This document shows positions 25,775-27,837 of a stretch of 27,837 bases of DNA, in pieces. The translations under genes were made by a program, and so were the position numbers. This DNA is from a virus. Taxonomy: Duplodnaviria > Caudoviricetes. The stretch's first letter is position 1; each line of letters opens with the position of its first letter. The DNA is taken from positions 1-27,837 of the IMG/VR virus record IMGVR_UViG_3300030372_000520; one strand, given 5' to 3'. The notes beneath the pieces are model-generated. The model saw nothing but the letters and a program-made list of their open reading frames with translations. It searched no databases and was not told where the DNA came from.

Positions 25775-26851
25775 ATGGCAATAACAAGTGATTTTTCAGA
25801 CAAAGGAATTGAAGGCAATAGTATAAAAGGTGCTATTAAAGGTTTTAATGATGACGGTACTGTCTCTTTTAAAGATAGTGCTGGTAGTGATATAGTTGCT
25901 AATAGGTCTATTTGTAAAAACTTTGGTTACAGGTGGGACAACTTTACACAAACTTGTAAATGGAGAAAAAGGCAAGAAAATCAGTTTAAAAAAGAAATGA
26001 ATATTTTTAAAAGTTTAACTACTAAAATAATTGGTAGCGTAAATAAAATGTTTGGAACTCTTTTGAAGAATGTACTAATAGTTGGTGATGATAACGAAAT
26101 TTATGGTAATAACGAAAATGGTGTTTTTATAGGTACTGAAAACTATATAGGTGATAATACTAATAATTGTAGCGTTTTAGGTGGTGGGCAACATGAAATA
26201 GGGAGAAGGGTAAACGTAACAGATGAACATACAATAGATACAAGATATAGTAGTGTTTTAGGTGGTCGTGGGGCTTTAGTAAAAAGGTTTGGCGAGCAAG
26301 TTCTTTGTGCTGGTGGTCGTGATAATAGTAACAAAGGTTTGCAAACAAGTCAATTTATTTTAACAGGAACTACAACAGATAATACCGCAACAGAGTTGTT
26401 TATATGTGGAGAATATACCAGTACTTTAGCCACTACTGTAACTGACATAGAAGGCGATACAGAGATGGGTTCAGTTGCAGATGAAGAAGCTTCAGACGGT
26501 TTTACAGGGGCAAGTGGCACAAATGCTTATAGAATTGATTTTAAAAATGATAATTTTTTAGCAACTTTTACTGCTGACTTTATGGCTTATCAAACAGGCG
26601 GTAGTTCTGGTAGTGCTGGTGATAGTCATACTAAAAGAGTACAAGGAACAATTAGAAAAGTAGGGGCTACCACAGACCTTGTAGGTAGTGTAACAAATAG
26701 TTTAGCAAAGTCAGACGGATTGTCTATTACTTTCAGTGCAACAGCAGACGATACTAACGATAGTTTAAAAATACAAGTTACAGGGCAAAATAATAAAAAT
26801 GTTACTTATGTGGTAGCAGTTAAATTAAACCAAATTAGAATACCAGTATAA
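25775..26851 (+). CDS. Tail fibre / receptor-binding protein
   Basis: Gly/Asn beta-helix-like repeats (IVGDDNEI, FIGTENYI, VLGG) and a C-terminal beta-sandwich. Confidence 0.55.
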   Translation: MAITSDFSDKGIEGNSIKGAIKGFNDDGTVSFKDSAGSDIVANRSICKNFGYRWDNFTQTCKWRKRQENQFKKEMNIFKSLTTKIIGSVNKMFGTLLKNVLIVGDDNEIYGNNENGVFIGTENYIGDNTNNCSVLGGGQHEIGRRVNVTDEHTIDTRYSSVLGGRGALVKRFGEQVLCAGGRDNSNKGLQTSQFILTGTTTDNTATELFICGEYTSTLATTVTDIEGDTEMGSVADEEASDGFTGASGTNAYRIDFKNDNFLATFTADFMAYQTGGSSGSAGDSHTKRVQGTIRKVGATTDLVGSVTNSLAKSDGLSITFSATADDTNDSLKIQVTGQNNKNVTYVVAVKLNQIRIPV

Positions 26852-26861
26852 AAAATAGATT

Positions 26862-27837
26862 ATGGCAACAAGAAAAATAATAGGAAAATTTGAATTAACA
26901 GGCGTAGATCATGCTAACGTTAAAATATCGGAATTAGAAAAAAGTTTAGAAGAAGCGAGAGAAGCTATAAAAGGTGTAGCGATAGGCAGTAAAGATTTTG
27001 AAAAATTAGCACAACATATTCAAGAAACAGAAAGTAAAGTAAAAACTCTAAATAAACAAATGGAAGGTCTCGAACCTCAACAGAAAGCTGAAGCGTTTTT
27101 AAAAATGGGCGAAGGTATTGCTGGTGGTTTTGCTGTCGCACAGGGGGCTATGGCTTTACTTGGTTTAGAGAGTGAAAATTTAGAAAAATTACAAACAGGA
27201 GTACAAAGTGCTATTGCTATTGCTATGGGTGTAAGAATGATTAGCGAAGGGGCTTTAAATGTTGCTATTGCTAAAAGGGTAGCTACTGAAAAAATAGGTA
27301 TTGCAACCACAAGTTTATACGCTAAAGTAAATAAAGTTGCAACTATAAGTGCTAAAACTTTTAAAAAAGCTTTAATAGGTTTAGGTATTGGGGCTATTGT
27401 TACTTTAGTAACTACACTTGTAGTTAAAATTCAAGAGTGGACAAAAGAAAACAATAAAAATGAACGGTCAGCAAAAAAACTAAAAGACGAATACGAGAGA
27501 GTAACTACTACGTCACAAGATTATATTAGAGAATTAGATAGAATTATAAACTTAAATAAACAATTATCAAGAGCAGAAACAGATTTAGAAAAAGACTTAA
27601 TACGAGTTAATGACGCTTTAGCTCAATCTGAGCTAAGAATGGCTGAATATACTACAAAATCAACAGAATTACAAGAAGAATTAGATGGATTAAAAAAAAG
27701 ACATAAAGATAGAAGGGTAGAATTAGAAAAAGAAATAGGAACATTAACAAGGCTTATAGAGAACGAAACGCAAAGCATAATAAGTCACAAAACAGTAGCA
27801 GGTAATTTGGACGAGATGATTTTTAAACAAAAAGAAC
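26862..27837 (+). CDS. Tail tape measure protein, N-terminal part (runs off the end and continues at position 101)
   Basis: Open from ATG 26862 (MATRKIIGKFEL...) to the end with no stop. 'IAGGFAVAQGAMALLG.ESE', 'ALIGLGIGAIV', coiled coil. Missing from the ORF track. Confidence 0.85.
   Translation, partial: MATRKIIGKFELTGVDHANVKISELEKSLEEAREAIKGVAIGSKDFEKLAQHIQETESKVKTLNKQMEGLEPQQKAEAFLKMGEGIAGGFAVAQGAMALLGLESENLEKLQTGVQSAIAIAMGVRMISEGALNVAIAKRVATEKIGIATTSLYAKVNKVATISAKTFKKALIGLGIGAIVTLVTTLVVKIQEWTKENNKNERSAKKLKDEYERVTTTSQDYIRELDRIINLNKQLSRAETDLEKDLIRVNDALAQSELRMAEYTTKSTELQEELDGLKKRHKDRRVELEKEIGTLTRLIENETQSIISHKTVAGNLDEMIFKQKE
27738..27837. repeat. Terminal direct repeat, copy 2
   Basis: Matches 1-100 with one mismatch. 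Confidence 0.97.

Noticed and set aside
1447-27310. Other minus-strand and nested ORFs in the track (1447, 1972, 2592, 3804, 10078, 10660, 19604, 20629, 21780, 25621, 26143, 26160, 27077)
   Set aside because: All overlap better-supported + strand genes and lack recognisable motifs.
1-27837. Stop-codon reassignment, introns, inteins or a diversity-generating retroelement
   Set aside because: Genes are intact in code 11 with TAA, TAG and TGA all used as stops. TerL is normal length. No reverse transcriptase or template/variable repeat pair was noticed.

Overview
Probably a complete, circularly assembled genome (about 27,737 bp unique) of a small AT-rich, siphovirus-like tailed phage. Positions 1-100 recur at 27738-27837 with one mismatch, and the tape-measure gene reads in frame across that junction. 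All credible genes are on the + strand. The host is probably Bacteroidota (Flavobacteriia-like), inferred from A-rich start regions without Shine-Dalgarno sites and a TTTG-N20-TATATTAG promoter. Modules: head (XkdF-type protease, scaffold, major capsid, portal with C-terminal extension), tail, lysis plus a metallophosphoesterase, an AT-rich origin/early-promoter region, early and replication genes (SSB-like, DnaA domain IV-like, HNH, initiator, RusA, sigma-like factor), a ParB-N fusion plus TAGT-like glycosyltransferase next to the terminase, and a -1 frameshifted tail chaperone. I recognise no polymerase, helicase, integrase, methyltransferase or CRISPR array. Best leads: (1) four copies of a fixed-spacing AAAC-N14-TATATWTAT promoter-like motif, probably read by the phage sigma, two of them leaderless; (2) a glycosyltransferase cassette with no enzyme to make its usual acceptor base; (3) a DnaA domain IV-like protein plus DnaA-box-like sites at the early promoter and the sigma gene; (4) a 13-14 aa peptide shared by two unlinked head proteins; (5) a candidate antisense RNA from the terL 3' end against the first early gene; (6) iteron-like repeats outside an initiator gene that lacks its usual repeat linker. 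All family calls come from motif recognition by eye, not database searches.
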